NCBI GenBank assembly: GCA_036336835.1
Contig: JAYZFK010000046.1
Span: 1 to 64,000, forward strand
Length of the DNA stretch: 64,000 bases
Source: Myxococcota bacterium
Lineage (GTDB): Bacteria; Myxococcota_A; UBA9160; UBA4427
Direction: 5' to 3'
Shown here in pieces: positions 9,103 through 18,882 of the stretch; position 1 is the stretch's first letter, and each line of letters starts with the position of its first letter. The notes beneath the pieces were generated by a model that saw only the letters and a list, made by a program, of their open reading frames with translations, searched no databases and was not told where the DNA came from. The translations under genes and the position numbers were made by a program.

Positions 9103-9931
9103 AGTAGTGCGCCTCGATGAACTCGCGCGCGTACGGAGAGCGCGCGAACGCGACGAAGTCACTGGCAAGCGGCGAAAGCGGACCGTTGCTGACGAGAGTG
9201 AGCTCTCGCACGAGCGGAAAGCTGCCGAGAGCCACCGATTCACTCGTGGCCACGTGCCCGTCGAGAGCGATCGGCTTGATCGGCACTCCGAACTCGGCGG
9301 ACGCTTCCGCGGCACCGATCGAGACGTAACCGATCGCGCCGGGGTTGCCCGCCACGCTCTTCACGCCCTGCTCGTTGTCGCCGATCACGACCGAGGGCTC
9401 GACTTCGGCAGGATCCATCCCGAAGTGGCCGAGAAAGACCTCCTGTGTCGAACGACCGTCCGCCTTGTGCACCACCGTGATCGGCCCGGGCGCACCGCCG
9501 AGCTCGCGCCAGTCGCGCACGCGACCGGTGTACACCTCGACTACCTGCTCCTGCGTCAGATTGACCAGCGGATTGGACGCGTGAACGATCAACGCGACGC
9601 CATCGATCGCCAGCTTGTAGCCGACCAGGTCGGACTCCGCGTCGGCGAGCCCGCGTGACACCATGCCAATGCCGGCCAGTCCCTGACGAACGTCGCTAAT
9701 GCCCCTCGAGGAGCCGCCCGTCTGGACGTCGATCCGGACTCCGGGGCGCTGAGACTCGAACTGCCTGGCTAGATCGGCGACCAGCGGGGCAATCGTGCTC
9801 GATCCGGTCAGCACGAGGCGTTGCGAAGTGACCGAACGCTCGGAGCCTCCGTCGGTGCACCCTGCGAAAGTGAGCGAAACGCAGAGTGCTACCGCGGCTC
9901 CAAGCGCCCGGCCGTGTCCGTGATCAAGCAT
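9086..9931 (-). CDS. pstS: Phosphate ABC transporter substrate-binding lipoprotein
   Basis: Lipobox FAGC; GSSTIAP, QTGGSSRG, GMVSR, GAIGYVS. Confidence 0.88.
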   Translation of the reverse strand: MLDHGHGRALGAAVALCVSLTFAGCTDGGSERSVTSQRLVLTGSSTIAPLVADLARQFESQRPGVRIDVQTGGSSRGISDVRQGLAGIGMVSRGLADAESDLVGYKLAIDGVALIVHASNPLVNLTQEQVVEVYTGRVRDWRELGGAPGPITVVHKADGRSTQEVFLGHFGMDPAEVEPSVVIGDNEQGVKSVAGNPGAIGYVSIGAAEASAEFGVPIKPIALDGHVATSESVALGSFPLVRELTLVSNGPLSPLASDFVAFARSPYAREFIEAHYFVAVD

Positions 9932-11399
9932 TGGCTTGCTCGATCGGCAAAATGAGTGAAGGCTCCATCCACGTCGGCGGCGCAATACCGACGGCAGTCA
10001 GAAACGTGGCGCCCACGTTTGCGAGCGAGCCATGCTCGCTCACGAGCCCGCCTGACCCCTCCGATGCCAGCACGGCGACAAGAGGAACCGGGTTTGTCGA
10101 GTGCGAGCCGAGCGGCCGCCCCTGCGCGTCGAGCATCGCGTCGGCGTTGCCGTGGTCGGAGGTGATTAGCAGATTCCAGCCGTGCTGCTGGCAGCTGGCG
10201 TGGATCCGTGCGATCTCGCAATCGACGACGCCGACGGCCTCACGCGCCGAGTCGATGCAGCCGGTGTGACCGACCTGATCGGCGTTGGCGAGGTTCGCGA
10301 CGATGGCGCGCCGACCTGGCTCGGCCAGCAGCTTCAGCACGACCCCGGTGACTTCGCGCGCCGACATCTCGGGGTTGTCGGCGATGGCCGACTCGGAGAT
10401 GCTCGGCAGACACACGGCCTCCTCACCGAGCGACTTGTTGAAGCCGTTGAAGAAGTACGTGACGTGCGGAAACTTGCACTGCTCGGCCACGCGCGCCGTC
10501 TGGATGCCGTGCTTGCCGAGCTCGAAGGCGACACCCTCGGACAGCGGTTGCTTCGGAAAGAACACCCGATCGAGTGGAACGGCCTCGCCGAGCTCGACCA
10601 GCGCGTATACCGGATGCGCCTCGCTGAACACTTGCGCTACCTGCTCGGTGCGATCGGCGCGGTGATTCGTGAGCAGAACCGGCTCGCCCCCGCCGACGAA
10701 CCGGTGACCGTCGAACCGGTGACAGGAGAAGTCCTTCTCGGCGCCGCCATCCGCCAAGAAGCTCGTCAACCGCGCGGGCGCGAACGCCTCGACTTCGTGC
10801 TCGCCGGACAGGTGGCCGACCAGCACGCGCGTCACATCGAGATCACCACTCCGGTCGCAGGCCCAGCGACGTCCCATCACCGTCGAGCACACCACCCCGT
10901 CGAGCTTGTCGATCTCCGCCAGTAGAGCGCTCAGCAAGTACGGCGCGGTTCCAGCCTGCGAATCGACGCCGTCGAGCAACGCGTGCACGAATACCTGCTC
11001 GACGCCGTGTCGTCGTGCGACGTCGGCCGCACGAATGAGGTTCGGCCAATAGCCGTGCACGCCGGCGTCGGACAGCAGGCCCACCAGATGCAGACACGAC
11101 GCACCAGCGAGCTGCCGCCACACCGGGCTCTGCTCGAAACGGCCGTCCGCATATGCGAGGCCGATCGTCTCGAGCAGCGAAGGCACGCGCCGTCCCGCGC
11201 CGATCGTCAGGTGTCCCGCCTCGGAGTTGCCGGCCTGCCCATCACCGAGACCCACCGGCGTCCCGGAGGCCTCGAGCCGCGCCACGCCGTGCTTGCGTGC
11301 AAGCGCGAACAGGAACGGCATCGTCTCCGGGCTCACGGCGTTGCTGTCGGCAACGTCGGACCAGCCCAGGCCGTCCGCGATGAGTAGCAGTGCCTTCAT
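9924..11399 (-). CDS. gpmI: 2,3-bisphosphoglycerate-independent phosphoglycerate mutase (divergent)
   Basis: IADGLG, GNSEAGH (phospho-Ser), SDAGVH, HVTYFFNG, DQVGH, SDHGNAD, HSTNPVP. Confidence 0.8.
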   Translation of the reverse strand: MKALLLIADGLGWSDVADSNAVSPETMPFLFALARKHGVARLEASGTPVGLGDGQAGNSEAGHLTIGAGRRVPSLLETIGLAYADGRFEQSPVWRQLAGASCLHLVGLLSDAGVHGYWPNLIRAADVARRHGVEQVFVHALLDGVDSQAGTAPYLLSALLAEIDKLDGVVCSTVMGRRWACDRSGDLDVTRVLVGHLSGEHEVEAFAPARLTSFLADGGAEKDFSCHRFDGHRFVGGGEPVLLTNHRADRTEQVAQVFSEAHPVYALVELGEAVPLDRVFFPKQPLSEGVAFELGKHGIQTARVAEQCKFPHVTYFFNGFNKSLGEEAVCLPSISESAIADNPEMSAREVTGVVLKLLAEPGRRAIVANLANADQVGHTGCIDSAREAVGVVDCEIARIHASCQQHGWNLLITSDHGNADAMLDAQGRPLGSHSTNPVPLVAVLASEGSGGLVSEHGSLANVGATFLTAVGIAPPTWMEPSLILPIEQANA

Positions 11400-12697
11400 C
11401 CCAGGTGGTGCTCCACGAAGCGCGCGAGCTCGTCCCAGTACCCGGGGAACGACTTGGCCACGCAGGCCGGGTCTTCGATCTCGATACCGTCGTGCAATAG
11501 CCGCAGCAGACCGAACGACATCGCCACGCGGTGATCGTCATAGGTCTCGATGCGCGCGGGTACGATGCTGCAGCCGTCGGGCCGAATCACCAGATAGTCG
11601 TCGCCCTCCTCGACCTCGATCCCGAGTCGGCGCAGCTCGGTCGCGGCCGCGCTGATGCGATCGCACTCCTTGATGCGCAAGTTCGCGATGTTGGTGATGC
11701 GGGTCTCGCCCTCGGCGAGCGCTGCAGCAATCGCCAGCGACAACACGACATCGGGCATCGTTTCCATGTCGACTTCGATCCCGTGCAGCGGGCGCCCGTG
11801 CAGGGTCAGGGAGTCGTCGGACATCTCGAGCTGGCAGCCCATGTCGGCCAGCGCCTGCGCGAGGCCGACATCACCCTGAGCCGAGCCGGCGCCGATGCCG
11901 TCGATGCGCACGCTCGTCTGGGTGATCGCGGCCGCCACCAGGAAGTAGGACATGCCCGATGCGTCGACCTCGATCGGGATCTTCGGACCGCGCGGCATGG
12001 CCGGCTCGACGACGAAACGATCGGGCGCAGCCTCCTCGGCAGCAATGCCCTGCTCGCTCAGCATGCTGAGCGTCATTCGGACGTAGGGCCGCGACACGAG
12101 GTGACCCGTGACACGGATTTCAATCGGTCCCTCCGGCTGCTGCGACGCGAACAGCAGGAGTGAGCTCAGGAACTGAGACGAGACGCCGCCGTGGATCGAC
12201 CACTCGCCACTAGGGTCGAGCGTGCCGTGAACGCGCACGGGCAGGCAGCCCTGATTGCCGAGGCACTCGCACTCGACCCCGAGTCTGCCCAGTGCATCGA
12301 GCAGATCGTCCATCGGGCGCTCGCACAGCCTCGGCGTGCCAGTGACCACGGTCGATCCGTCTGCCGAGCCAGCAAACGCGAGCAGGAATCGCGCCGGGGT
12401 TCCGGCCGCGCCCACGAACAGATCGGCACTCGGTGCTCGAAGGCGCCGCGGCTCGCGCCGAACCTCGAAGCCGTCGGCGGTCGATTTCACCGCGAGCCCG
12501 TCGAACGCGTCCAGGCACTCGGCCAGGTAGCGGGTGTCGTCGCAGTGCAACGCGCCCGTGATCACACTCTCGCCGTGGCGCATGGCCGCCAGCAGCAGCG
12601 CGCGGTTGGTATACGACTTCGAGCCCGGAATGCGGGCCTCGAAGGTCTCTCGCCGGGTCCGGTCCAGCCGGCAAATTCTGTCGAGATTGGAACGCAC
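11396..12697 (-). CDS. aroA: 3-phosphoshikimate 1-carboxyvinyltransferase (EPSP synthase)
   Basis: PGSKSYTNRALL, AGT, ERPM, SSQFLS, RIKECDRI, DDHRVAM, KSFP. Confidence 0.92.
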   Translation of the reverse strand: MRSNLDRICRLDRTRRETFEARIPGSKSYTNRALLLAAMRHGESVITGALHCDDTRYLAECLDAFDGLAVKSTADGFEVRREPRRLRAPSADLFVGAAGTPARFLLAFAGSADGSTVVTGTPRLCERPMDDLLDALGRLGVECECLGNQGCLPVRVHGTLDPSGEWSIHGGVSSQFLSSLLLFASQQPEGPIEIRVTGHLVSRPYVRMTLSMLSEQGIAAEEAAPDRFVVEPAMPRGPKIPIEVDASGMSYFLVAAAITQTSVRIDGIGAGSAQGDVGLAQALADMGCQLEMSDDSLTLHGRPLHGIEVDMETMPDVVLSLAIAAALAEGETRITNIANLRIKECDRISAAATELRRLGIEVEEGDDYLVIRPDGCSIVPARIETYDDHRVAMSFGLLRLLHDGIEIEDPACVAKSFPGYWDELARFVEHHLG

Positions 12698-12835
12698 GCC
12701 TGGAGAGACTGCAAGGAATGGACCAGCTTGTGCTGTGGTAGAACAGCCCTAAGGCGCTCCTCAGAGCACTGAGGGCGTGTTTTCACACTTCTGCTGTGGA
12801 ATCACGCGGCAACTCCCAACCCGGGGAACAAGCGG

Positions 12836-14683
12836 TCAGCCGGTTGCAGCGGGCGCCCGGGACGGCTCGGACACTCCGGCAGCCTGAGCCGCAAACAGCG
12901 AGGCATAGCGCCCGCCGGCGCGCATCAGCTCCGCGTGGCTGCCGTGCTCCGCGATGACGCCGCCCTCGAGGACCAGGATCAGATCGCTGGCAACCGCGTC
13001 GGTCAGCTCGTGGGTCACCATCAAGGTGGTGCGCCCGGCAGCGAGCTGATCGAGCCCGACCAGGACCGCCCGCCGGCTCTCCTCGTCGAGACCGGTGAAC
13101 GGCTCGTCGAGCAGCAGCACGGGCGCCTCGCGGATGGCGCAGCGAGCGAGCGCGATGCGCTGGCGCTGACCACGCGAGAGACTCACGCCGCGCTCGCCAA
13201 CGATCGTCTCGTAGCCCTCGGGCAGCGTCTCGATGAAATCGTGTGCATTGGCGGTGTGCGCAGCCGGCACGATCGCTTCGACCTGCGCATCCGGCGAGCC
13301 GTACGCGATGTTGTCGGCAACACTGACCGCAAACAGGATCGGGTCCTGCAGAGCGACACTCATCTGGCTGCGCAGCGACGCCAGGGTGAATTCGCGCAAA
13401 TCCTGGCCGTCGATCAGAACCCGGCCTCGTTCGGGATCGTGCAGCCGCAGGACCAGACTCAGGATCGTCGACTTACCGCCGCCCGACGGTCCGACGAGCG
13501 CGACGCGCGAGCCGGCCTCGATGTCGATATCGATACCGCGCAGGATCGGATGACCCGGCTCGTAGGCGAAGCCGACGTCCTCGAAGCGGATGGCCCCGCG
13601 CAGCGGCGGGGCGGGCTTCGCGTCCGGCAGATCGCGCACCTCGGGCTCGATGTCGAAGACCTCGAGCACGCGCTCGGCCGCGGCGCTTGCGCGCGAGATG
13701 CGCGCCGAGTACTTCGCGAAGTTGCGCAGCGGCCGGAAGCTCGTCTTCAGGTAGCTCAGGAACACCAGTAGACCGCCCACCGACAGCTCGCCGCGCAGCA
13801 CGAAGTGCGCACCGAGACCGAGCACCAGTGCCTGCGCCAGCGCGCTCAGTACGTCGGCAGTGCGCTCGAGACGCGCCGACAGCCGCTTGCCCTTCACACC
13901 CTGCGACAGATCGCGTTCGGCCTGATCGCCGAACGAGTCCGCGAACGCGTCGTCGAGCGAGAGCGCCTGCACGGTCTGGATCGCCCCGAGCGCCTCGGCG
14001 GCGGTCGTCGCGAGCTGTCCCTCCACCTTGCGCTGCTTGCGCGCGACCACGCGGATCTTCCTGCCGAGGCTGATCGTCGTGACCAGGAAGAGTGGCGTCG
14101 TCGCGAGCGCCGCCAGCGCCAGCTCCCAACGCAGCCAAAACATCATGCTCACCATGCCGGCGAGGATCAGCACGTTGGCCAGCATCGGCATGAGCGCCGT
14201 CACCGCGACGTCGCGCATCATGCCCACGTCGCTAATTACGCGAATCAACAGGTCGCCGGCGCGTGACTTCGTGTGGAAGCCCAGCGACAGGCTCTGCACG
14301 TGCCTGTAGAGCTGGCTGCGCACCTCGGTCATCAGGCGCGTACCGACGAGCGCGAAACCCACGGCGCTCAGGTAGCGTGAGACGCCGCGCAGCGCGGCCA
14401 CGCTCACCAGCCCGAAACCGGCGAGCAGGATCAAGGTCTCGACCGACAGGTCCGCAAGCACGGCAAAGGGCGTCTCGGGGCCGCCGGCCTTCGGGGCGAG
14501 CACGTAGTCGATCACCAGGCTCGTCGGCCACGGCTCGAGCAGCCGCATGAACATCTCGGCGATCAGCACCACAATCGAGCCGGCGATGATCCGCTGCTGC
14601 TTGCGCATGCCCGGCCACAGCCGTCGTCGCAAGCGATTCAGGATCGGCAGACTTTCGGTCAGCTTCTTCTGCTGCTTGGCCAC
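12836..14683 (-). CDS. ABC exporter, fused permease + ATPase (start uncertain)
   Basis: N-terminal TM domain; Walker A GPSGGGKST, signature LSRGQRQR, Walker B LLLDE, H-loop VTH. Confidence 0.88.
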   Translation of the reverse strand: MAKQQKKLTESLPILNRLRRRLWPGMRKQQRIIAGSIVVLIAEMFMRLLEPWPTSLVIDYVLAPKAGGPETPFAVLADLSVETLILLAGFGLVSVAALRGVSRYLSAVGFALVGTRLMTEVRSQLYRHVQSLSLGFHTKSRAGDLLIRVISDVGMMRDVAVTALMPMLANVLILAGMVSMMFWLRWELALAALATTPLFLVTTISLGRKIRVVARKQRKVEGQLATTAAEALGAIQTVQALSLDDAFADSFGDQAERDLSQGVKGKRLSARLERTADVLSALAQALVLGLGAHFVLRGELSVGGLLVFLSYLKTSFRPLRNFAKYSARISRASAAAERVLEVFDIEPEVRDLPDAKPAPPLRGAIRFEDVGFAYEPGHPILRGIDIDIEAGSRVALVGPSGGGKSTILSLVLRLHDPERGRVLIDGQDLREFTLASLRSQMSVALQDPILFAVSVADNIAYGSPDAQVEAIVPAAHTANAHDFIETLPEGYETIVGERGVSLSRGQRQRIALARCAIREAPVLLLDEPFTGLDEESRRAVLVGLDQLAAGRTTLMVTHELTDAVASDLILVLEGGVIAEHGSHAELMRAGGRYASLFAAQAAGVSEPSRAPAATG

Positions 14684-14727
14684 GGCCAGAACGTACACGA
14701 TGCTGCGTCGGGGAGCGGTCTCCCGCC

Positions 14728-15606
14728 TCAACCCGGCGCGAGCGCCTCGAGCAGGCGCCAATCGGGGCCGCTCGAGTCTGGCGTCGGAACGATGTGGATG
14801 CAGACGTGCGTGGCACCCGCGTCGTAATGCGCCTGCACACGCCCGGCAAGCGCGACGATGTCGCCACTTGCAACCACCGCATCGACCAACCGGTCGCTGA
14901 ACCCGCCCTCGAAATCCGCGTCCTCGAAACCCTGTCGCGTCAAGCTGCGTCGATAGTTCGGCAGCGAGAGGCCCATCGAGATGGCAGGCGAGCGCCGAGC
15001 GATCGCGCGTGCCTTGTCAGCGTCGGACTCGTGAAGCAGCTTCTGCTCGGTGCACAGCAACCGATCGGGGCCGAGGATCTCGCGAGCGCGACGGGTGTGC
15101 TCGGGCGTCACCATGTAGGGATGCGCACCGTCGGCCCGCTCGCGCGCCAGCTCGAGCATCTTCGGGCCGAGCGCGGCGAGCACCAGCGGCGGATTTTCCG
15201 CGGGCGAGCGCCCGCCATACTCGCACTGATCGAAGCGATCGAGGTATCTGCGCATGCTCGCCAGCGGCGGGCCGTACTGGTGGCCGCGCCATTCTTCCAC
15301 AAGCAGCTGGTGCGAGACGCCGATCCCCAGCAGAAAGCGCCCACCCGACTGCTCGGCAAGTGTGTGCTGCGCGGCCTTCATTGCCATTGGATCGCGCGCG
15401 TAGATGTTCGCGACGCCCGTTGCGACGACGAGTCTGCTCGTGTGATCGAGTAACTGGGCCGCCAGCACGAACGGATCGCGGCCAACGGCCTCGGGCAGCC
15501 ACAGGGCCGAGTAGCCGAGCGCTTCGATACGCTTTGCGAACGCGACCGCGTCGTTACTGCTGAGATCGTCGATCGAGCTCCAAACGCCGGTTCTGGCCAG
15601 CTCCAT
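14728..15606 (-). CDS. LLM class, probably F420-dependent, oxidoreductase
   Basis: LWLPEAVGRD, ATGVANIYAR, RFLLGIGVSH, LAALGPKML, ADGAHPY, GATHV. Confidence 0.85.
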   Translation of the reverse strand: MELARTGVWSSIDDLSSNDAVAFAKRIEALGYSALWLPEAVGRDPFVLAAQLLDHTSRLVVATGVANIYARDPMAMKAAQHTLAEQSGGRFLLGIGVSHQLLVEEWRGHQYGPPLASMRRYLDRFDQCEYGGRSPAENPPLVLAALGPKMLELARERADGAHPYMVTPEHTRRAREILGPDRLLCTEQKLLHESDADKARAIARRSPAISMGLSLPNYRRSLTRQGFEDADFEGGFSDRLVDAVVASGDIVALAGRVQAHYDAGATHVCIHIVPTPDSSGPDWRLLEALAPG

Positions 15607-15618
15607 CGGCGGTCTACC

Positions 15619-16113
15619 TCAATCTCGCTCGAAGCGGAAGACTCCGCTCTGACCGTCCGTCTCCGAGACCCCGACTCGCAGCTTGCGCACCTGAGAGGCT
15701 CCGAAGCGTTTCTCCAGCCGGCTCAACAGCTCCCGACCGAACCACGTCGCGAGGTTCTCCGCCGACGTATTGCTGATGGGCAAGACGAGCACCTCCTCGC
15801 TCGGGGCGAGATAGCGCGCCTCGCGGTAGACGACCTCGGTGTGGCCGTCGTCGCGCCGCTCGAGCTCGAGCTCGGGGTGCTCAGCGGCGATGAGCCAGTG
15901 CTCGTCGAGCTCGTCGCACAGCTCTCGCACCAGCGGCTTCGCCTCGATGAAGTCGATCACGAGCCCGCGATCGTTGAGATCGCCGACGATCTCGACGCGA
16001 ACACGGTAGTTGTGCCCGTGCAGCCGCTCCTTTCGCCCGTCCGGAAAGATCAGGAAGTGAGCGCAGGAGAACTTGAAGTACTCCTTGTCCAACTCGATGG
16101 CCCAGGTGTCCAT
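15619..16113 (-). CDS. 6-pyruvoyltetrahydropterin synthase / QueD-fold protein (PTPS-III-type ExxHGH)
   Basis: C-terminal part of the 583-aa ORF-track entry: FSCAH, ERLHGHNY, IDF, SAENLA, ETD; start at MDTWAIEL. Confidence 0.85.
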   Translation of the reverse strand: MDTWAIELDKEYFKFSCAHFLIFPDGRKERLHGHNYRVRVEIVGDLNDRGLVIDFIEAKPLVRELCDELDEHWLIAAEHPELELERRDDGHTEVVYREARYLAPSEEVLVLPISNTSAENLATWFGRELLSRLEKRFGASQVRKLRVGVSETDGQSGVFRFERD

Positions 16114-16323
16114 GCCGCAGAGCATAGCCCCGCTCCGCAAAGGAGCTGACACCGCGGCGCGTGGTGCGCGTCGGCTACGCGGGGCAGTCGGGAACCCGCA
16201 CTCGAGCTCGAGCGGATCGACCTCGATCTCTCTGTGACCCCGGCGCGAAGGCGGGTCGAATTCGGCATCATCTGGCTCCGCTCCCGCCGCTACCCGGCGC
16301 GAGCTCAGCCGCGAGGTCGCAGC

Positions 16324-17334
16324 TTGGCCAGGACCCTCCTCGTCACCGGTGGCGCGGGCTACATCGGAAGCCATATGTGCGTTGCCCTGCTCGATGCGGG
16401 CCTCGATGTCGTGGTGGTCGACAATCTCTCCAACGCATCCGAGCAGGCGCTCGACCGGGTGTGCGAGGTCGCAGGGCGCGAGGTCGCGTTTCACCGGGTC
16501 GATCTGACCGACGATGCCGAGCTCGACCGCGTGTTCGACGCACATCCCATCGATGCCGTGATTCACTTCGGGGCGCTCAAAGCCGTCGGCGAATCCACGA
16601 CCGAGCCGCTTCGCTATTACCACAACAACCTGACGGGAACGCTCGCACTGCTCGCCTCGATGGATGCGCACGGGGTGCGAGATCTCGTCTTCTCCTCGAG
16701 CGCCACCGTCTACGGTGAGCCCGCATCGACCCCCGTCACCGAGAGCTTCCCGCTCTCCGCAGCCAACCCGTACGGCTGGTCGAAGCTGATGAGCGAGCAG
16801 GTGTGCCGCGACGTCGCAGCGGCTGACGAGCGCTGGCGGGTCAGCTTGCTGCGCTACTTCAATCCTGTCGGAGCACACCCGAGCGGACGGCTGGGCGAGG
16901 ATCCGAGCGGCATCCCGAACAACCTGTTGCCGTTCGTCATGCAGGTTGCCGTCGGTCGGCGATCCCGCCTCCAGGTGTTCGGCGACGACTACCCGACGTC
17001 CGACGGCACGGGCGTACGCGACTACATCCACGTCGTCGACCTGGTCGAAGGGCACCTCGCTGCGCTCGAGCACCTCGAGCCGGGCTGTACCGCGATCAAC
17101 CTGGGCACCGGGCGGGGCTACAGCGTGCTCGAGGTTCTGGCGGTGGCGCGCGAGATCGTCGGACATCCGATCCCGCACGAGATCGTGGCACGCCGACCTG
17201 GCGACGTAGCCGAATGCTATGCCGATCCGTCGCTTGCCGAGTCCAGGCTCGGCTGGCGGGCGACGCGCAGCCTCGAACAGATGGTGGCCGACCACTGGCG
17301 GTGGCAGTCGAACAACCCGAACGGCTACGCCTGA
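16324..17334 (+). CDS. galE: UDP-glucose 4-epimerase
   Basis: LVTGGAGYIGSH, KAVGES, FSSSATVYG, YGWSK, LRYFNPVGAH, GEDPSGIPNNL, RDYIHV; TTG start inferred. Confidence 0.95.
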   Translation: MARTLLVTGGAGYIGSHMCVALLDAGLDVVVVDNLSNASEQALDRVCEVAGREVAFHRVDLTDDAELDRVFDAHPIDAVIHFGALKAVGESTTEPLRYYHNNLTGTLALLASMDAHGVRDLVFSSSATVYGEPASTPVTESFPLSAANPYGWSKLMSEQVCRDVAAADERWRVSLLRYFNPVGAHPSGRLGEDPSGIPNNLLPFVMQVAVGRRSRLQVFGDDYPTSDGTGVRDYIHVVDLVEGHLAALEHLEPGCTAINLGTGRGYSVLEVLAVAREIVGHPIPHEIVARRPGDVAECYADPSLAESRLGWRATRSLEQMVADHWRWQSNNPNGYA

Positions 17335-17378
17335 GCGGCCGAGCCCCAGGCCCGGCTGACTGCTACTCATCCATCACT

Positions 17379-17957
17379 ATGGATGATGCAGCGACGAACC
17401 TCTCCGAGAACCTGCGGCAGCTGCGCGAGATGCGAGGGCTCAGCCAGCAGCAGCTCGCCGGCCAGGCTGGCATCCCGCGACCGACCTGGGCCTCGCTCGA
17501 GTCCGGGTCGGCGAACCCAACGCTCTCCGTGCTCGTCAAGGTGGCCGACGCGCTGGGCGTCTCGATCGAGGAGCTGATCGGCCCGCCTCGCTCGACCGGC
17601 ACGCTCTATGCGGCGGCATCGATCAAGACGAGACGACGCGGCGCGGTGCGCATCCGCAACCTGCTGCCGGAGTCGATCCCGGCCATGGAGATCGAGCGGC
17701 TCGAGCTGCCGCCGGGTGCGCACATGGTGGGCATCCCGCACACGCGCGGCACGCGCGAGTACCTGACCTGCGAGCGCGGGAGCATCACGCTGACCGCCAG
17801 CGGCGAGAGCTGGGCCCTCGCGGCGGGCGACGTGGTCGTCTTCCGCGGCGATCAACGCCACTCCTATCGCAACCCGGGGCGCGAGCGTGCCGTCGCTTAC
17901 AGCGTCGTCGCGCTGAGGCCACCCAGCGCTTCACCTCTGGCGCGCGCTGAGTCATAA
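17379..17957 (+). CDS. XRE-family HTH regulator with C-terminal cupin domain
   Basis: NLRQLR…LSQQQLA…LESGSANPTL helix-turn-helix; cupin PHTRGTREY…GD…FRGDQRHSY. Confidence 0.88.
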   Translation: MDDAATNLSENLRQLREMRGLSQQQLAGQAGIPRPTWASLESGSANPTLSVLVKVADALGVSIEELIGPPRSTGTLYAAASIKTRRRGAVRIRNLLPESIPAMEIERLELPPGAHMVGIPHTRGTREYLTCERGSITLTASGESWALAAGDVVVFRGDQRHSYRNPGRERAVAYSVVALRPPSASPLARAES

Positions 17958-18010
17958 TCGGTCGGCTCCATCCCTCAACCTCCTCCCTTCCGGGACACCC
18001 CAGGAGAACC

Positions 18011-18880
18011 ATGCTTTCGAGTGGCTACGAGGCTCCCCAGACGGTCGAAGAGGCGGTGACCCTGTTGGCGGCCGACGCCGATGCACGGGTGCTCGCCGGC
18101 GGGACCGATCTACTGGTCCAGCTGCGCACCGGCGCTCCGGCGCCCACTGCCTTCGTCGATATCAAGCGCATCCCCGGGATGACGAGCATGGAGATCGGCA
18201 CCGACGGGCTGCACTGCGGCGCGGCCGTGCCGGCTGTCGAAATCTACGAGAACCAGACGCTCTGCTCCCTGTGGCCCGGACTGGCCGAGGCGACCGACCT
18301 GATCGGCTCGACGCAGATCCAGGGCCGCGCGACCTGGTGCGGAAACCTGTGCAATGCGTCTCCGGCAGCCGACGCGGTACCGGCGCTGATCGCCGTCGGC
18401 GCGCAAGTGGTGGTCGCCGGGCCGAACGGAGAGCGCACGCTCGCCGTCGAGGACTTCTGCACCGGACCCGGCCAGACCGTGCTCGGCCAGGGCGAGCTGG
18501 TGACCGGCTTCCACATCCCGGCTCCCGCGCCGCGCAGCGCCGACGCCTACCTGCGGTTCATCCCGCGCAGCGAAATGGACATCGCGGTCGTCGGCGCCGG
18601 CGTGAGCGTGACGCTCGATGCGAGCGGAACGATCAGCACGGCGCGCGTCGTACTGTGCGCGGTGGCACCCACGGTGTTCGTGGTCGACGACGCGGCGAAC
18701 GCACTGATCGGCAGCAGCCTCGACGCCGCGGCGCTCGACAACGCGGCCACTGCCGCGAGCGCAGCGGCGAACCCGATCGACGACAAGCGCGGCACGGTCG
18801 AGTATCGCAGGCGAGTGGCCGGCGTGCTCACCAGGAGAGCTGCGAAGATCGCGTACGAACGAGCGAAGGATCGAGGTTAG
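18011..18880 (+). CDS. Xanthine dehydrogenase family FAD-binding (medium) subunit
   Basis: LAGGTDL, IGSTQIQGRAT, GNLCNASPAAD, DDKRGTVEYR; AGGAG RBS. Confidence 0.92.
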   Translation: MLSSGYEAPQTVEEAVTLLAADADARVLAGGTDLLVQLRTGAPAPTAFVDIKRIPGMTSMEIGTDGLHCGAAVPAVEIYENQTLCSLWPGLAEATDLIGSTQIQGRATWCGNLCNASPAADAVPALIAVGAQVVVAGPNGERTLAVEDFCTGPGQTVLGQGELVTGFHIPAPAPRSADAYLRFIPRSEMDIAVVGAGVSVTLDASGTISTARVVLCAVAPTVFVVDDAANALIGSSLDAAALDNAATAASAAANPIDDKRGTVEYRRRVAGVLTRRAAKIAYERAKDRG

Positions 18881-18882
18881 CC

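Noticed and set aside
12698..12835. Pho box upstream of the aroA-pst operon
   Set aside because: No convincing CTGTCAT-type 11-bp direct repeats.
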